The notes beneath the pieces are model-generated. The model saw only the letters and a program-made list of their open reading frames with translations, was not told the DNA's origin and ran no database searches. From positions 1 to 64,000 of the forward strand of contig JYFJ02001690.1 of assembly GCA_000934665.2 (NCBI GenBank): a DNA stretch of 64,000 nucleotides. The letters run 5' to 3'. Positions 1 to 13,449 of the stretch are shown here, piece after piece. The stretch comes from Catajapyx aquilonaris. Lineage: Eukaryota. The first letter of the stretch is position 1; each line of letters starts with the position of its first letter. Made by a program: the position numbers and the translations under genes.

Positions 1-559
1 GATAATCTTAATGGAAACTTTTTATCACATCCTGTGTATAACCCCACCACTCCATTTTTTGGGGGTGTCCCAATATTTTCAGATCAGGGCAAGTACATTC
101 CAGTTTTGCAAAAATCTGCTTTTGAAATGTGCAAATTTATTAATATTTTTCTGTGTATCCACTTATGTAAAATCACTTCATTTCATGACATGTAAGACTT
201 AGTTAACAATATTCACTCATTCACTTACATCACAGCTTGTTTCTAATTAGGAGTAGCCAGAAATAATGCATAGGATGCGGCATTCTGCTTCATTTCACAT
301 GACTTGGTAAAGGAACCTCTAGTGATCAGTATGCAACTGGAAAAGTAGGTCTTCATCTACAAGGGCCATTCAAGGGTGACAGAGACTTTCATTTCTCCAG
401 AGAAAGTGGAAAGTCAGACAAGCACCAAACTGCATCAGTTTCTCAAAGTATTCCCTATCTGCTTCCAGGAACCACTGCCATAGTTGAGGCAGATCCCCGA
501 TACCTTTGGCATAGAAAGGTCTGGGCTAATGTCTTACCCATTGCAAGATATTGTCTTTT

Positions 560-860
560 TTCAGTGCTTAATCTGCCTTGAATTTTTTCCCACCCAGACG
601 ATCCTTAAGGGGCTCAAATAAATGATAATCACTGGGGGCTAAGTCGGGACTGTAAGGGGCATGGGGAAAAACCTCATAGTGCATTTCAGCCGAAGTTTCT
701 CCTGTCAAATGGGCTGTGGGGCTGGGCATTGTCATGGAGTAGAATGACATTTCCAGACAACACCCAGCTCTTTTCTTGAGAATGGCATTTTGACCAGCAC
801 CCTTCATCAATGTGCAGTAATACTGGACATTAATTGTGACCCCTTTCACAAAAAAAAAAA
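560..860 (-). mobile_element. Degenerate mariner transposase remnant (C-terminal DD34D region)
   Basis: The minus-strand translation contains PHAPYSPDLAPSDYHLFEPLKDRLGGKKF, including the YSPDLAP motif diagnostic of mariner transposases. Upstream sequence is frame-disrupted, and boundaries are approximate. Confidence 0.85.
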
Positions 861-2218
861 TCCACGTGGATAACACCTTGCATGTCTGCAGGATTGTTCG
901 TGTAGTTCATTGTCACCATCTCTCGTTCTTCGCCAAACTGTTGTTATCATTCCTACACTGTTGCCCATGATATCGTTTGTTCCCCATACTGTGCTTGCAA
1001 TATTATGAAAGGTGTATCTGTTCCAGCGAAAGTGAAAATGAATGTTCATTCCTTATTATTTTTACGAAATGAATAAATGTACGAGTAATACAGCATAATA
1101 CAGTGCACTTAGAAAATTCATTTTTGAAAAATACTGCAGAACAACATTCGTTTCTCTCTAGCGTCATTTGACAACTAAACTCTCTTAAGTACATGTATAT
1201 TTCCTACGGCTTTTTATATACTTCAACTCACCATAAAACACGTTTGATTTACATTGTAATTTTTATGCTGAAGCGTGCTGAAGAGTTCAGTCATTAGTGT
1301 GCTAAATACTATAATTTGGTAACTTGGGTATTTCAGTTATCATGGCGGTATATTCATAATGTACCGTACGTTGCATATATCCTGTATTCATAGCAGCAGT
1401 GTCCTTCTTTTTGGAGATTTGGAAATGGCCACCCTATGTCCAGGAGAACTGTAAGTCATGTGGGCAGTGGCCTGAAACCCCAAACAACAACTGCATGACC
1501 ACCTGCTAGAACACAGTGTAATCTGCGCATAGCATAAATTGCATGGGACTCTAAAATTGTTCCATAACGGACAGGTTTGCACTATATTTGACACCATCTT
1601 TTCCGAGAATTCTTAACTTGAGATTTTTTGCCAGTGAAAAGGACAGGGAAAGGGGGAGACAGGTCAATTTGGACATTACAAGTCACAATCCCCTTTGTCC
1701 CTAACAGTCTCACCATCTCCAAACAAAAAGAGTGCCCTTTCCTCACCGATGTCTTCAAGACAATGGGGGCATTGCAATTCCAGCAATTATGAGATATATG
1801 GTGTAGAAAAGTCCACAAAAGGCTGACTCGGAGGCTTGCTCAAGTAGTAGAGTGAGCTAGGCTGGAGCTTCTGTTTTCGTGCCAGAGACTGGCAGATCAT
1901 GTCCAAGCATTTTGATTTCTGTCATGAACGGAGATTTTCTGTGAATGGAGACAAAAATCTGGTTCGTTTCCCTGTCAGGCAGGTTTTGTTACAATCAAAA
2001 CATACATTCCCAGAAAAAAATTCCAAAATGGACAGGTTTCCACTACTCACTTTACCTGTTGGTCAGACATATGGCAGCTGTTTGTAGCCCAGTTTGCACC
2101 TGGCCTTAGTTGCCTTGACTCTTCTAATAAACCAAACTGTATATGAGAAATGTTAGGGCAACCCTTTTGATTAAGTTTGCTCATTTGAATATTGGCCCCT
2201 GCACCATTAGCATGGTAA

Positions 2219-2345
2219 GGGCCGGTTTCACCGAGCTCAGTATATGATAAAACCAGGGTTCTTTCTCAAAATCCCTATCTATTTGTATGGGATTTTCCTA
2301 AAGAAACCTGGTTTTATCATACACCAAGCTCGGTGAAACCGGCCC
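2219..2345. mobile_element. 127-bp palindromic MITE, PIF/Harbinger (Tourist)-like
   Basis: GGGCCGGTTTCACCGAGCT...AGCTCGGTGAAACCGGCCC fold-back flanked by TAA on both sides. A near-identical inverted copy lies at 50459-50585. Confidence 0.85.
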
Positions 2346-3036
2346 TAAAAGTCCAAGTTTTTACTTAATAAATAAGGTGAATTTTGGAGTGTTCATTGAG
2401 CAAACTTAGTACTGTCAGTAATTCACATAAAATAATTACAAGGCACAATTTTTCACATCTTGTCTTCAACAACTGGTACAATATGGAAATTTTGCCACAT
2501 GAGACAGAGGGAATAAAAGCATCACAAGGTATACAAATGAGACTACAAACAGGTTTACACATAGCTCACAGATCTTTTTACATGGAACATTTGAAAACCT
2601 TCCTCGGGAACCACAAAAATATCATCGTACATGCTGTATGAGTGCATGCCACCGAATGATAGCACCACCAATTAATGGGGCATATCAGGATATACTATAA
2701 CATGTTTATGCCATTTCCATATATTTCACGCAAGTCTTCCGAAGTCCCTTTCCCACAGTAATAAATATGTACGAGGTAAACACAATCAGGAATGGACTTA
2801 GGTAGAAGTTTACTGTATCAATTTCTGAATACTTTGGCTGGAGTTTAACACATGATAGGAATTACACCACCAACATATGTGGTATGAACACATAATAAAA
2901 TCCCCCCACCCCCCTGCACCTGAACCTGAGGAAAAGGATGAGACCTATGGCCTGCAGACAAATTTCCAATGACAGGTACGTATGGCACCATAATTTCAGA
3001 CATAAAAAAAATATGTATTTGGTAACACCTCAGGCT

Positions 3037-5433
3037 TCAGGTCCTATGAGATATCTCAGAAAAGCCTGAGTGGTTCGTGTCCTTGGCATGCTGCCGAGCC
3101 TCTGCTTCTCCCCGTAGAAGAGCTCCACATTCGCCGCAACGAAGCGAAAAGTTGCGCAGATCAGTATATTCTTGTGCTTCACGGGCCTCTCTGGCAAGCT
3201 CACGAGCTTGGGTCATGACTTCCATGTCACTGGTGCTAAACCTTGTTTGATTCCAGTTGTCACCAGGCCCTTCCAAAGTCAGGTACAGTGGATCGTAATG
3301 AATCCCATCATATAGCAGCATAATTCTCTCATCATAGCCTTGGCTCTCACCAAAGCAATTAGTGAAGCCATGTTGTGTATCTACCACAACAATTTCCAAT
3401 CCCAAGTAGCAAGAGAGAACAGCCAGCTCAATCGCACCACCCCAAGCCTCATCAGTAGCAATCCAGTGGACATACTGTCGTGGTGACTGACCAAGTACCG
3501 CTTCAGAGTATGTCACCGGGTCAGCAGAAATGATTGCGGCAACTTTCTTGCGCATCTCACGAACATGTTCTACCTCTAAAGTTCCTGCAACAACAAAAAC
3601 TGTTGTTTTGAAGGTACAAATATACGTAGTACAACACTCACCTTGCGCAGCATAACAGACACTGGAGAACAGGCAGGAGTTGTCAGCAGGAACCACTTTT
3701 CTGATGAGCACGCCATGTTGGTGGTGTCCGTCTGCTTCCATATTGCATGACCCTTGAGAACTGGATGCCATATCATTTGACAAATCCCCTTGTTCTGTCC
3801 TCTCTTTGATGATAATGGTGTCACCAGACCTGATTCCACGGGATGTCATCAGTGTGCTCTCTTCACTCATATTTAGTGGACGAGGGGGAAATCCAATCAA
3901 CACCAATAACTGTGGTGCGGGGATGCCTAAAACATGAATAAGTTGTTAGACGTTGAAATAAAGTGCCCTTTTGCAGAATCTTGCTTAGGAAAAAGAGAGG
4001 CCAGATCGTCCTCCACAGGAGCAGGTAGCAGAGATTTATTGATTTATTGACAGTGCTTATGGGGGTTGTGTAGGTGGAAGCTTCCTCAAAGGAAGAATGG
4101 GACAAAAATAATTGCCCTTTCTTGCTCCGGAAGCTCTGATTTCTCAGTCTCCCACAAAGGTGTTTAATGAATAGAGTTTCCTTTCGGGTAAAATTAATTA
4201 TGACATCAATAAAGTTCAACGCCTTTCTTGCTAGCTTCTAATCCAATAAGTTTAGCAAAAGAATACATATATAGCTTCCAAAAATCTCCATGCCAGTATT
4301 TCTGGCCTATAAAATCAGGAGAAGCCTTAGAAGTCTGCAAGGAAGCACTACCACTTCAGTTTTTAGCAGATATGGGAGAATTATCAGACAAATCCTGGGA
4401 CAGATGGACTCTCCACTAGTATGACTTGCCCTTGCTGATGCATACATAATAATTCATACCCCGTTATCAGCCTATCGGCTCTTTAGGGAGGAGGTTTTTG
4501 TTTTGCCTGGAACTCTTTGCTTCCATTTTACTGCGCTTTTTGGGATAGGATAGGGACGGAAGGAAGCGGCTGTGGCCTATTAATTACGGAAGCAACTCCG
4601 GAATTCTCCTGGAAGGACCGTGGGAAACCACAGAAAACCACGGTCAGAGTTGCCGGCCCCGGGATTCGAACCCAGGACCTCCCGATTAGCAGTCGGACTC
4701 CTTATCCACTATGCCAACCTGCTTCGGTCTTGCTGATGCATACACAGCCACTGGTATTATAATGTCCAAGATATATAGGACTTTAAAATATTGCAAATCA
4801 TATAATATTTAAAGAATTATGTATAATGGCAGTCCCATGTCTTTGTGTCGAGTGCTTGTCAATTATATCCAGGCACCTTATCCACTTAGAGAGGGCAGGT
4901 CCAAGTAGTGATTTTTACACGAACACTTTTATCACTAAGTAGTGTATCTAGTACTCCCTCGGCTCTGGTTTTTAGTACATGTGAAAGGAATTCATGTCTG
5001 GATAGCTGCACCTCTATTCTTGATTCGGAGGGAAGGGAGAGCATTTGGCTAAGTGAATTAGGCCGCCTTGGAAATGGGGAGGAAGTGGAAGGCAGGAAGG
5101 TGGCAGTATGGCAGCCGAATTTTCCCTGCATGCCTGAGCTCTAAGTATCAACAATAACTAAGCTTATCAAGCAGTATATTCACTAACATATGTTAAAAAT
5201 TTGGTCCCCTCCCCCTCCACTCCCAAGGTCCAAATCATGTGATAGTAAAATGTTCCTGCCACATTACTATAGTTAAGCAATTTAAAATACCCCAAATAAT
5301 TACACTTACCTGTCAAGGCGGCCAGCTTGGCCTTCAAATCGCCAATAGTAGCATCAGAATGAAGTCCATGCAGCGGAGTCAGGCCATCTTTGGTTTTAAC
5401 CCGGATAGCAAGCTGTGTTCGAGCTTCAGCCAT
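3037..5433 (-). CDS. YOD1: Ubiquitin thioesterase OTU1/YOD1 (UBX-like, OTU and C2H2 zinc-finger domains), about 318 aa, 3 exons
   Basis: Exons 5433-5310, 3926-3642 and 3584-3037 join in frame across GT-AG introns (957 nt). Motifs: IGFPPRPL (UBL end), VPADNSCLFSS (catalytic Cys), WGGAIEL, LLYDGIHYDPL (catalytic His), and the zinc finger CGECG...ARQHAKDTNH. Confidence 0.95.
4447..4728 (-). mobile_element. tRNA-derived SINE, family A, in YOD1 intron 1
   Basis: Pol III A box (TGGCATAGTGG) and B box (GGTTCGAATCC). 16-bp TSD CTTGCTGATGCATACA at 4431-4446 and 4729-4744. Homologous to 14388-14617, 59839-60067 and 27030-27178. Confidence 0.9.
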
Positions 5434-6068
5434 GTTCAGATCATCCAACAATCGGCCTGCAATGCCAAGAAACACCGTACGGTTAGCTAGCCCCAAACTT
5501 CACGTGCGTCCAACCCCCAGCGCAAGCTTACTCGTTCTATTTCTGGGCTGCCTGCAGCGAGCTCGGGGACCTCCCTCCTCAACGCCTCCGGAGTCTTCTG
5601 TGAATGGTATCCTAGGCAACGTGGGTCGCAGGGGTGGCTGGACTTCCGGGCCGAGGGAAGAGGAAAGCGTCTGGGAGCTTGAACTCAGCCGGTTGGCAAG
5701 CGGCGAGCAGGCTAGGCAACCATTTGGCGCGATGATGCGTAAACGCGCCTCCAAGCGGACTGCTTCGTCACCATCCCTGGAGCGTGGTTAACAGTCACTC
5801 AATTATTTAAAAATTAATCGACATAAAATGGCATCAATTTATATTTGATGTTATTTTACAATTTATATACGGGATATGCAACTTTTTTGTGTTTTAAGTT
5901 GGTCACAGTTTTTCCGCTCGTCGTCTGTTTTTCGTTCTTTTTTTTATTTATTTTGTCATTCTTTTTTCCTTCAGCAAGGTGAGGGTAGTTAGTGGCCGCA
6001 GGTCGCTATGTCTTCGCCGTCGTATTACAGCCTGGGAGATTATGATGAATGCTGACCACTGAAGGACG
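5434..6068. promoter_or_regulatory. Bidirectional promoter and 5'UTRs of YOD1 and LMBR1
   Basis: The two start codons diverge about 635 bp apart. The interval has a CpG-rich stretch (~5450-5790), an AT-rich core and an ATCGAC DRE-like motif near 5817. Confidence 0.65.
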
Positions 6069-9000
6069 ATGGAAGATGATGCGGATCTTCGAGAGCAGAT
6101 TTTTCACAACAACGTCAGGGAATACATAGTGAGTTGTGGTTTCCTAAACTGGCCATTTCTGGTGGGGGATACATTACAATTTGCACAACTAACTCTAATG
6201 TCAGTGCTTCACACTTGACAGTATAGGGGACGTTATTGCAAAAATTAAGACATGGGTTAGCCTGTAATTGTGAAGCCCGTCGGTGGAAAATATTAATTGC
6301 GGTAACATGACACCGGAAGTGGTTTGACTGAGTACTTTCTGATTTTTACTGGTCCGTAAGAGAGTCATGTCATGTGAAGGTATGCAAGCCTACGCTAAAA
6401 AATGAGTTGGCATAAACTACGACAATTTTATTGTGATGTGATGGTAGCCTGCTGATGTAAGCAGAATGCATTTGGTAGGAAAGCTTGGCAGTTGCTTAGG
6501 GAAACAGTTTTGTGGGCTTGATGTGCTTTGGACATTGGAGAGGCAGGTTTGTTTCTGCCATGTTGGCATTGTTGTCACAAGGAATCCGTTGGAGAATGGA
6601 AGGGTTTGGTGCAAAAACCAGAAGTCCACTTTTATTACTTTCGAGAAAACAAAGAAAAACTGAATTACCAACAAATTTAAAGAAGGTTTCTAATGCTAAT
6701 TTTTTGTTTAATAACAGGATACCAAAGTCTGTAGTGAACTGTAGTGCATACCACACTTATGGGTGTATAGGTACATGAACTTAAAGAAAAGTTACAGCCC
6801 ATTTGAAAAATAAAAATCTTTTTTCAAATGTCCTCATATGAGGACATTAGCCCTCTAGAGGCTATGTTTTCTCAGTGGAGGGCATGACATGTCTGATTTT
6901 TGTACCAAAAGATGCAGAATGGTCCCAAGATGGCAGAAACACCCATAACTCATTTTCGGCCAAAAGTGGTCTTATCCTGTTTTTGCACCAAACCCTTCAA
7001 TTGTGTTGTCTACTTGGCATCTTGCATCGCAAGGAGAATGGGAAGCAGAGCAGGGGGGAGGTGCGCAGAGCACTGCTTTACGGTGATTGTGACATGTATG
7101 TGGGACAAAAAACTCGTATTAGAATGTCTGTTTAGCTCATTGCATCCTGAGCACCTGCAATGCATGGATCTAATGTAAGGAGCTTTGGTTCGGCTGGCCT
7201 GGTTAATGCACTTTGCGGTGATTGGAGGGCTTAGCAACGTATAGCACAAGGAGCAAGTGTGCAGGGTGTGAGGGAGGGAGAGCAGAAGCAGAGAGACAGT
7301 GGGGAGGGAAGATGACATTGCCAGGACAGGTCATCATGGCCATTACCAAGATGTCTGGCTCATACTGCACTTGCAGCAATAGGAGCTAGATAGCATATGG
7401 TGGCTCAGTGGCTAAAATAATCTGACTAATACATGCATACAGGAGGCAGAATAATCTAGATTGTACACGCATTAGTTGATAATTATGTAATGTTGGTCCA
7501 ATTATAGGAGACAAGTTACCTGAACATGGTCGCAAATATATAAATGCACAAGAATTCTACTGCTTTAATAAGTGAAAAAATCTAGAAAGAATGCTGTGAA
7601 ATCTAGGCCATTGTGATATGTAAAATTCTTTATTTGCCTGTTTTAGATGCCTAAGGGGAGGCTCGTATGCAGTTTTAGTTGCAATTTTTTGTTGTACAAC
7701 TGAAATAAGAACAAATGAGAGAAATGAAGGTCAAGCATTAGTATCTGGTTGCTTAACCAGTGACTTGTTTTTGGTGCTAGTGATGCAAGGAAACAAAAAA
7801 AGGGAAGATTACAGACATGTCTATTTAGTGGAAAAGAAAAATGTTGAGAACTGATGAGAATGCTACCGGGGGGGGGTTTAACCATGTCGTTGGTGATCAT
7901 GCAAAACCTCGTATCTCCAGCAAAAATCAATTGGAGCTACGAGGTTTTGCATGATCACCGACGATGTGTCAGTTACATTTAATAATTGCTTTCCTTTTTT
8001 TCTTCAATTGTAGCATTTGGAACGTATAGGTTATAGTAGTAATGATTCTACTGGCATGTTGATCCCGTGCTGTTAACTATATGTCAGACCAAGTTTTAAT
8101 ATGTTGGGGACAGGTAAATGGCAACTACTGTAATTATGCATTTTCCTCTGGAGAATGCTGATGTAAGTATAGTCTACTTCATGCATTAAATATTTTTGAG
8201 TGCCCAGGAGCTACTTCAAAAATCTCAAATCTGTAAAGTATGAAATAATATATTTTTCTTGGTGATGGATCTGGCTGATCATTGAAAATGCACAGCTGAA
8301 TTAGGTACCTATAGAGAAAAATTCATAACTAATGCAATGCTCCTAGATAGGGGTGGGTCAGCCTGTCAGTGTGATGTGATCAATGGTAGAGCCAAGTGTT
8401 TGGCTGTGAATTATGTAACATCACTCAAGCACCTGATCAATTTGCTGCTTTAAATGTTTTTTATTGATTTTCTTGTATCCTGAAATGACCTTGGCAGAGT
8501 CAATTAAAGTGGTTCAACAACAATATTCTCACATGCAGTTCATTACTTTGTTTGCAAGTAAGGGTTTACATATTTTGGAAGAATACACTGACAAAATTAA
8601 ATTGTTTTCTGGGAATTGGAGGTGGGGTCCATTTTTCAGGTGGTGGGGTCACACGCTCATGTGGGGGTTAAATGGGGGAGGGGATGCCCAAAATTACGCA
8701 GTGCGTGATATTGCATTAATTTTAGGTATTGTGGTGTACTATGTACTCTTGCAGTCAATAATAGGGTATAGGCGTACCCCTATTGGGGTCTTGCCGGACC
8801 TTTATTAATCGTCAGATACAAATTGGTTCCTATTTATACAGCGCCCGGGCCCACGGGCAGGAAGGGATGACAGGAGGGGATGTGCAAGTGCAGTGCCTTG
8901 TCCGCATGTGGTCGTTTTGTGAGCTCCCCCGGGTGGATTAGTCTGTGAATATTCCACCCGAGACGAAGTCAGAGACGACACTTAACTCTGCACGAGATGA

Positions 9001-12000
9001 AGGGGGTGTCCCCGGGCCGGGATCGAACCCGGGACCTTAACATCCATGGGCGCGAACGTTACCGTTGCGCCACTTCGCCTCCCCTCGTGCAGTCAATGGA
9101 ATAATAAGCATTAATACCGTATTACCTCACTTAAAGCGGCATGCCGGTGTAGTCGAGGTCGACCAGTTTTTAGAAATGCATGATCTGGTGGCTATACTGG
9201 CATGCTGGTCTAAGCGAGGTGTGCCGGTGTAATGTGAGGTTTTCTTAAGGTCAGCATTATCACTATCTCTCTGAAAATTATTATTGTAAAATGAAATGAA
9301 TGTATTACACCAAGTTCTACTGTGTGGAAACAACCCAGAACACTTCTGTTGCCTGACACATCCCATAAGACCGTTCGTTAAGTTCAAATTTCGCTGCAAC
9401 ATTTTCAATTAAAAGTGCAAGGCTGCAAGAAGGGAAGCATACCTATCAGAATATTTCATAAGTTTGGTTTGGATTTTATTATCTGAGTAATGAGCCTTCT
9501 CAGGCAAATTGATCCCACTACACAAAGTGATTCTCTGATTGCCAACGCTATCTGCGACCAGCGAGCTATTGAGCAAAACGAAGGACTGAAGGAATTTGCC
9601 TGGGTCCTTTGTAATGTTTAGGGGGGTTCCCCTCTCAGAGCAGGCTGAATATGGGATTGGTCACACACTATGCCCTGTGCAACAGATATGAACTTTCATA
9701 TTCTCACAGCCCTGTACTCGCACAGTTTTCACTGTAACAGTCTTTTAGTACAGTACCAGATGAATTCCCCAAAAAATTGGCAAGGATCAAAATAATGGAA
9801 ATCTACCTTGGTTATTGCGGCATGCCGGCCTCCCCTGGGTTATACTGGCATGCTGGTCGACCTCGTTTTTTTTACTGGCATGCCGCTTTAACACTTAACC
9901 ACCAACGTGTATCTGCCATACATTGGCTACAACGTGGGGTCTTGAAGGACCCCACACAGTTTTAATTTTTAAAATAATTTGACTTAATAGCACTAAAGCC
10001 ATTCTTCCCCGCTAAATTTGGCTTGTATTCTCATTTGTATGTGTAAAAAAATCGATCTCTTGTGACCATTAGTTGAGTCATAAGGGACTTGAGACTCCGT
10101 TATCGCAGCTTCGTAGCCTTCCAGCTCGACGCCGTAAGTAATGGCTTATAACGTAAACATTCCCAGCTGCAGGTGCCCCAGGTGGAAAGCAAGATTTTAG
10201 TTCCGGGTAATATTTATTCTTGTATTTATTGCTGGATAACATCATTCACACTTTATAAAATACAATTTGCTGTGATGCGCTGTGATGTGTTCTCTAAAAA
10301 GTTATGTACATTGGCTACGACGTGGAGTATATCTGGACCCCAGCAGGGACGCTTAGCAGCATTAAAGTACCAGTAACTCTGCAAAGATTTTTTGCACTGA
10401 TGCCAAAGTTTTTCATTGGATCGAAGAACGTATGTCTGAGGAATATAGGCCTGCCATTTTTCATTTCATACCAAATTTATTAATTGCGATGGTATTAGCT
10501 ACATTGTGGGGTCCAAAAAGACTCCATGTTGGTGGTTAAGGGTTAAGTGAGGTAATACGGTAATCAATAATTGTTAGTAGATGTAAGACAGTAAGACAAG
10601 CTGTTTCAGGCCACATATTGGAATGTGCAGTAAACTCACAGCTACATATTTTTTCAGATATTTCTGCTCTTCTTCCTTGTGCTGTACCTGTCAAGCTATG
10701 CCCTTCTATGTGCATTTCGTTATATTGACAAAGATGACCATCGTGATGAAGATGAAGACCTTGTGTACCGGATTAGGTATATTTTGAATTAATCACCTTC
10801 AATTATATGCTGAGATATGTGTCTATTGATCCTTTTGTATCCCAAAGTGTGTGGCTCTGTGCCTTCTCCTTTGCGGTAGCTGTAGGAGCAGCCCTGCTTC
10901 TGCCAATTTCAATTGTGGCAAATGAAGTCCTACTTTTATACCCTGCCAGCTATTATGTGAAATGGCTGAACACTTCTCTGATTCAAGGTGAGCTGCACAT
11001 TTGTTTGCCATTGGTGAAATGGAATTCACACAAGGAAGAATGTAATTAAATTAATCTTGCTTTCTTTGCAGGTCTGTGGAACCTCATCTTTTTGTTTTCC
11101 AATGGCGCGCTCTTCATCATGTTGCCTTTTACCTACCTGTTTACGGAGTCAGAAGGCTTCCTTGGTGTTCGAAAGGTGAAGTTTAATTATATGAAGCAAT
11201 GAATGACTCCTAAGGATTATAAGGGTATTCACAAGGTCAGGTGTTACAGCTCGTTACAGTCTGTGTTCTCACAGTTAACAAGGTGAAAACAAATAAATAT
11301 TCAATGTAAAATTGACATTGGGATTTTAAAAAGTCTGATGAAGGCAGAGCCTGAGCGATTTATATAGTTTAATGGGCTTAGTTAATTTGTTCAAAAATGT
11401 TTACATCGATTTTAAAATTCAGTACAAACTAGCCATTTTCCTGTTCTGTGTTAAAGTCCAGTTCATGTGCCACCAAGTATTAGCCTTGACAGCTGTTGGC
11501 ACCCAATGGCATGCATTTTCCAGGACTGGAGGGTTGGATAGCTAAGTGAGCAAGGGTAAGAACATATCACGGGGTGAGAATTACAAGGTTGTAACTACAT
11601 TGCAGTTACGACCTTGTAATTCTCACCCCACGATATGCCCCAGCCAATGCTGTGTGCATCTTAACTCAAGGTGTAATGATGTAATACTCTATTTTGTCAC
11701 CTTTTAAACCCACCACAATATTAGACTGTAATGTACTGACATCGTCAAGTGTGACCTAGAAATTGCTATATGTCATTTCGATGTTCATCAAGTGTATTGT
11801 GTAGATCAGCGTTTCACAACCTTTTTACCCTTGCGGGACCCTTGAAATAATATTCATGTCTCAGGGAACCCCTACATAAAAATTAATGTATTATCGGTCT
11901 ATCAAGTAATGACTCAAAAATACATTCATGTCTGATTAGCTTCACATCTGATTCATCACTGTTTCTCGCGGGACCCCTGGTGATTGCTCGTGGAACCCAG

Positions 12001-13392
12001 GTTGAGAAATGCTGGTTTAGATTGTCTAAGTAAGGGTCCAAATCTGCTTCAAATTTTCTGTGTGTGCAATGATGCTTTTGTTTCAACATTATAAACATTA
12101 CATGACTTACAGTAAAAACTGACATTCTATAACAACTCTAGAATCAACCCACATATATTACTCATCTTGGTCAAATTCATTTCAGGGTGTGATGAGTCGT
12201 GCTTATGAAGCTGGTGCAGTTCTGGCACTGATTGGGGTAGTGCTGCTTGGTATTGCATACATCTTGGTCGCTCTATTTGATGAGGAGAGGGCACAACTGG
12301 TGGCCTTTTTTGACGTCTGGAATTTTTATCTCCCATTTCTTTATTCATGTGTGGCCTTTGTTGGAGTCCTACTTTTACTCTGTGAGTGAGAGATTTACAT
12401 CTTGACAAAAATGAAGGCAGTTTTTAAGTTGATATTTCTCCTTTCAGTATGCACTCCCCTTGGGTTTGCACGTCTCTTTACTGTTGTTGGGGGACTTATT
12501 GAGGCTAAACCTCAGTTTTTACTGCGTCATCTGATCGATGACAGCTACAAAGCCAAATTGGAAGAGGAAAGTCTGGCCCGTCGACTGAAAGAAGTGACAG
12601 AAGAAGAATCTAGGAAGCAACGCCGACACCAGCTGAGTCGAAGAATGTCTCTTGACTCCCCTCCATCAAGGTAAAAGCTGCTATTGACCACTGCTGACAC
12701 CATGATAACTGTATTTAATTTCAGCTCAATTCCATCACCATTGCTGAATCGTCCGATGTCAGTGGAAGATATTACATGCTCCACAACTGCATCCAAACTG
12801 TGTGACATCCGCATGAATGGAATCCAAAAGAGAACTGAAACAACCCCCTCCAGACTACTTGAACGCTTACAAAATGCTGAGTCTGAAAGGAAGAAGCTAG
12901 GTGAGATGACTGTGATAAATACTATATAGTGCAATTCCTGTTACTGTTCAAATTGCTATTTTAAGTTCTCCCAGATGAAAAGACACCTTGGTAGAGAGAG
13001 TTGTATATAAGTCCTCTTTCTCAGACTCTGATAGGAGACGGTGGACTGTCTGCAGTCACCAATTTTCAGGCAGTTGGAGTGCCTTACATCTACTTTTTCT
13101 GCAGGCATTACGTAGTTTTGTACCCTCTCTCTGGATTCACTTTCTATCACTTGTGAATCTTTGTGCAGTGTTATTGAACTACTGGATGCAGAGTGAACAA
13201 ATGATGGAAGTCCCAAATGTGTTTTACACTGGTATTTGTTGCCCTACTTGGCGACCTTGAAACCACTGGAAGTATTGTACTCAACTTTTCATACAGGGTG
13301 TTTTGTAATAACACGGAGAGGGGGAACTCCTGGGAACCCAAAGGTCATGTTGTATACAGGTGTCATTTAGTCTCTGAAGCTCCATTACTGAC

Positions 13393-13449
<57 letters not shown>

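Noticed and set aside
3930..5140. ORF fragments in YOD1 intron 1 faintly resembling LINE reverse transcriptase (LLSDKSVRVKI, LRNQSFRSK)
   Set aside because: Too short and degenerate, with no RT catalytic motifs, so it cannot be supported without a search.
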